From NCBI GenBank assembly GCA_946630825.1, contig CAMOZG010000001.1, positions 1 to 46,171 of the forward strand: a stretch of DNA of 46,171 nucleotides, read 5' to 3'. This document shows positions 45,228-46,171 of this stretch, one piece after another. A model generated the notes under the pieces. The model was given only the letters and a program-made list of their open reading frames with translations. It was not told the DNA's origin and ran no database searches. Every line of letters begins with the position of its first letter. Position 1 is the stretch's first letter. Made by a program: the position numbers and the translations under genes. This DNA comes from an uncultured Lachnospiraceae bacterium (GTDB lineage: Bacteria; Bacillota; Clostridia; Lachnospirales; Lachnospiraceae).

Positions 45228-46171
45228 GAGTTCCCCAGATCCTTGCATATCCTTACCTGATATTCGTCTACATCCTTTTTCATGGCAAGAGCCTCGTCAA
45301 TATCAAAATCCACGAACTCGCCATGATCATATCCGACTACGCGATTAGTCTTGCCTTCGCACAAAAGATCCACTGCCAGTGCCCCCATGGTGGAAGCATA
45401 TACCCTGTCCTTACAGGTAGGGGAGCCGCCTCTTTGCATGTGACCCAGAATGGTGGCTCTGGTCTCTATGCCTGTGGCTGCCTCTATACGCTTTGCCATG
45501 GATGCGGAGTGTCCTATACCCTCGGCATTGATGATGATGTGGTGCTGCTTGCCTTTTTTACGGCCTTCGATAATGTGATTTACCAGCTTCTGCTCGTCAT
45601 AATCATATCTCTCCGGCAAAAGTACATCCTCAGCTCCGTTGGCTATGCCGCACCAGAGTGCTATGTAGCCTGCGCCTCTTCCCATAACCTCGATTATGGA
45701 GCAGCGCTCATGTGAGGTTGATGTATCACGGACCTTGTCAATAGCCTCCATAGCTGTATTGACAGCAGTGTCAAAGCCAATGGTATACTCGGTACAGGCT
45801 ATATCCAGATCTATGGTGCCGGGCAGCCCAATGGTATTGATCCCGTTTGCCGCCAGCTTCTGTGCTCCCTTAAAGGAACCGTCGCCGCCTATTACCACCA
45901 GCCCGTCTATGCCGTGCTTTCTGCATATATCAGCCGCTTCCTTCTGATACTCGGGGTCTACGAATTCATAGCAGCGTGCTGTCTGTAAAATAGTGCCTCC
46001 TCTGGAGATGATATCGGATACACTGTGTGCATCCATATCTATGATCTCCTCCTGCAAAAGTCCTGCGTATCCTCTCTTGATCCCCTTAACTTTTTTCCCT
46101 TTTGAAATAGCCTCACGCACTACTGCACGGATGGCTGCGTTCATTCCCGGAGCATCCCCGCCGCTGGTGAG
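45224..46171 (-). CDS. pfkA: ATP-dependent 6-phosphofructokinase (5' end cut by the window edge)
   Basis: The reading frame stays open to the last base of the window. The edge codons read LTSGGDAPGMNAAIRAVV, the canonical PFK N-terminal motif. Also GGDGS, PGTIDLD, MGR, HMQRGG. Confidence 0.93.
   Translation of the reverse strand, partial: LTSGGDAPGMNAAIRAVVREAISKGKKVKGIKRGYAGLLQEEIIDMDAHSVSDIISRGGTILQTARCYEFVDPEYQKEAADICRKHGIDGLVVIGGDGSFKGAQKLAANGINTIGLPGTIDLDIACTEYTIGFDTAVNTAMEAIDKVRDTSTSHERCSIIEVMGRGAGYIALWCGIANGAEDVLLPERYDYDEQKLVNHIIEGRKKGKQHHIIINAEGIGHSASMAKRIEAATGIETRATILGHMQRGGSPTCKDRVYASTMGALAVDLLCEGKTNRVVGYDHGEFVDFDIDEALAMKKDVDEYQVRICKDLGNS

Noticed and set aside
1-46171. Searched by eye for CRISPR repeats, IS or transposase ends, integrase or phage genes, toxin-antitoxin pairs, restriction-modification or other defence modules, tRNA and rRNA genes.
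   Set aside because: None was found. Every ORF above about 70 aa on the coding strand is accounted for by housekeeping or conserved hypothetical genes. The only repeats are the protein-level repeats in the GH25 gene and the PASTA repeats in prkC. A computational repeat or tRNA scan would be needed to exclude subtle cases.

Overview
This 46.2-kb window is a gene-dense chromosomal segment that reads like core genome of a Clostridia (Lachnospiraceae-like) Firmicute. That taxonomic guess is inferred from gene content and synteny only.

I call 47 protein-coding genes, 45 on the minus strand and 2 on the plus strand. I also call one FMN riboswitch, two clear Rho-independent terminators and several SigA-type promoters. 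I saw no rRNA, tRNA, CRISPR array, transposase, integrase, prophage or recognisable defence genes.

Gene content is mostly housekeeping:
- serS, glyA, secDF, dapL, cysK, a DAHP synthase and a C69 dipeptidase
- the t6A genes tsaE, tsaB, rimI and tsaD, with rnz inserted between them
- ispD and ispE
- the classical Firmicute cluster priA-def-fmt-rsmB-rlmN-stp-prkC-rsgA-rpe
- murE, proA, efp, rpiB, yqeG, a small alarmone synthetase, a TrmH-family methyltransferase, and pfkA, which is truncated by the window edge

The most interesting content:
1. A 47-aa six-cysteine SCIFF ranthipeptide precursor. It is too short for the supplied ORF track. It has its own near-consensus promoter and sits directly upstream of its radical-SAM/SPASM maturase. 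The function of this peptide class is still unresolved, and no export, protease or immunity genes lie nearby.
2. A 214-aa protein-kinase-fold protein that lacks the whole ATP-binding N-lobe and is translationally coupled to murE.
3. A monocistronic HExxH protein with two CxxC pairs, carrying its own promoter and terminator.
4. A GH25 muramidase with four tandem ~90-aa repeats, coupled by a TAATG overlap to the end of the prkC-rsgA-rpe cluster.
5. An exported lipoprotein built from trigger-factor PPIase and C-terminal domains.

Gene packing is extreme. There are eight ATGA start/stop overlaps, and two ~18-19 kb runs contain no recognisable intrinsic terminator.

All functional calls come from motif recognition by eye. 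No database search was run.
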